From the human T2T-CHM13v2.0 reference genome, Homo sapiens, in assembly GCF_009914755.1 (NCBI RefSeq), contig NC_060925.1: a stretch of 64,000 bases of DNA; one strand, 5' to 3'. Position 1 is the stretch's first letter, and every line of letters starts with the position of its first letter. The position numbers and the translations under genes are program-made. The notes below the pieces were generated by a model that was not told the origin of the DNA, made no database searches, and saw nothing but the letters and a program-made list of their open reading frames with translations. Below are positions 33,388-64,000 of this stretch, in pieces.

Positions 33388-34186
33388 GAACAGCCAAATG
33401 AATGTTTGTAGAGCTCAAGCTACAAAGATATGGAGGTTGTAGTAAGTTCACTTAGTGCATGAAGTAGCGTTTTTGGATACAGATGTTTACAGATAAAGAT
33501 GTTTAACAGCAGTATCTCCCTAATACCACAGACCTGATATTCCAAGCAATTGGCAGAGAAATGAATCCATTCAGCACAAATTTGGCCCCTCTACATGGCC
33601 ACAGCACCTTAGATTTGGTTCACTTAACAGAAGAACAGTATGTTCTGTTTAGAAGCAGGACCCGATCCCAGGATAGGGTGAACTGCATAAACGGAGGCTC
33701 AATGAGAAATGATAAAAGTCTAAGAGGTTCTAGAAAAGAGAAATCTTTTTCTGGGCCTCATTACCAGTTATAGACATTTTTAGAAAAGGAGGGGGAGAAT
33801 AGATGCAGAACGCGTCTAAAAATGAACAAAGATATGTTAATTTTAAGAATGGAGGTTGTTTACAGGGAGAGTAAATTGGTTTGTATAATTAGATTGATCC
33901 AAAAATTACCTTGCCTTTATAAAATACCTTTCTGTTAAGAAGATACAACGTTTTCTCTTGCCAGATAAAGGCAGAGTCTCTTCCTTTTGTAAAAGAACAT
34001 CACCAAATTACAAGGAAGTTTAAGTCACACTTTGAGTTGCTGACAAACCTAGGACAAACCCCCAGGTTTTCTCCTTTTGGCTAGCCTATATACTGGTGCA
34101 GAGCCATTCTTGCATCAATGTGAAACATTTATTTTTTGCCTGGGCTTCTGTTTTAACGATTGACCTTCATCTCTCCTGTCCTGTAG

Positions 34187-63869
<29,683 letters not shown>

Positions 63870-64000
63870 GTCAGTCTTTGTCTCTTGGGGTGAGGTGGTG
63901 TGGCATGAAGGCAGGGACAGGATCATCAAATAATCCATCATGCATTCATTCACCAAGAACTCACTGAGAAGGTATAATATGAAGATGCTTAAGTAATGTG

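Overview
This is human (primate) genomic DNA covering the middle of NAV1 (neuron navigator 1, UNC-53 family microtubule +TIP) on the + strand. I identified it by manually translating 20 internal exons (34187-63869; 3335 nt, about 1111 codons). All have GT-AG boundaries and matching reading phases; the start codon and the C-terminal AAA domain lie outside the window. Positions 1-34186 are the 3' part of one very long intron filled with Alu, MIR, L2, old L1/HAL1, MLT1 LTR, MER33/MER58 and Tigger fossils. The 92-nt intron 62375-62466 is the miR-1231 mirtron. Nearly all ORF-track entries are Alu/L1 or antisense artefacts. Most interesting: (1) an exon block flanked by inverted Alus whose back-splice would give a stop-free, in-frame 1578-nt circle; (2) an in-frame 84-nt alternative 5' splice-site extension inside a coiled coil; (3) 9-, 24- and 42-nt microexons, the two shortest with neural splicing motifs; (4) a perfect 20-bp non-repeat hairpin; (5) an Alu that apparently displaced a branch point; (6) AluYa5 fragments nested in older Alus; (7) an Alu monomer with a unique 3' tail. 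No prokaryote-type system (CRISPR, operon) is present. Repeat subfamily names are by-eye calls from remembered consensus sequences, and repeat boundaries are approximate.
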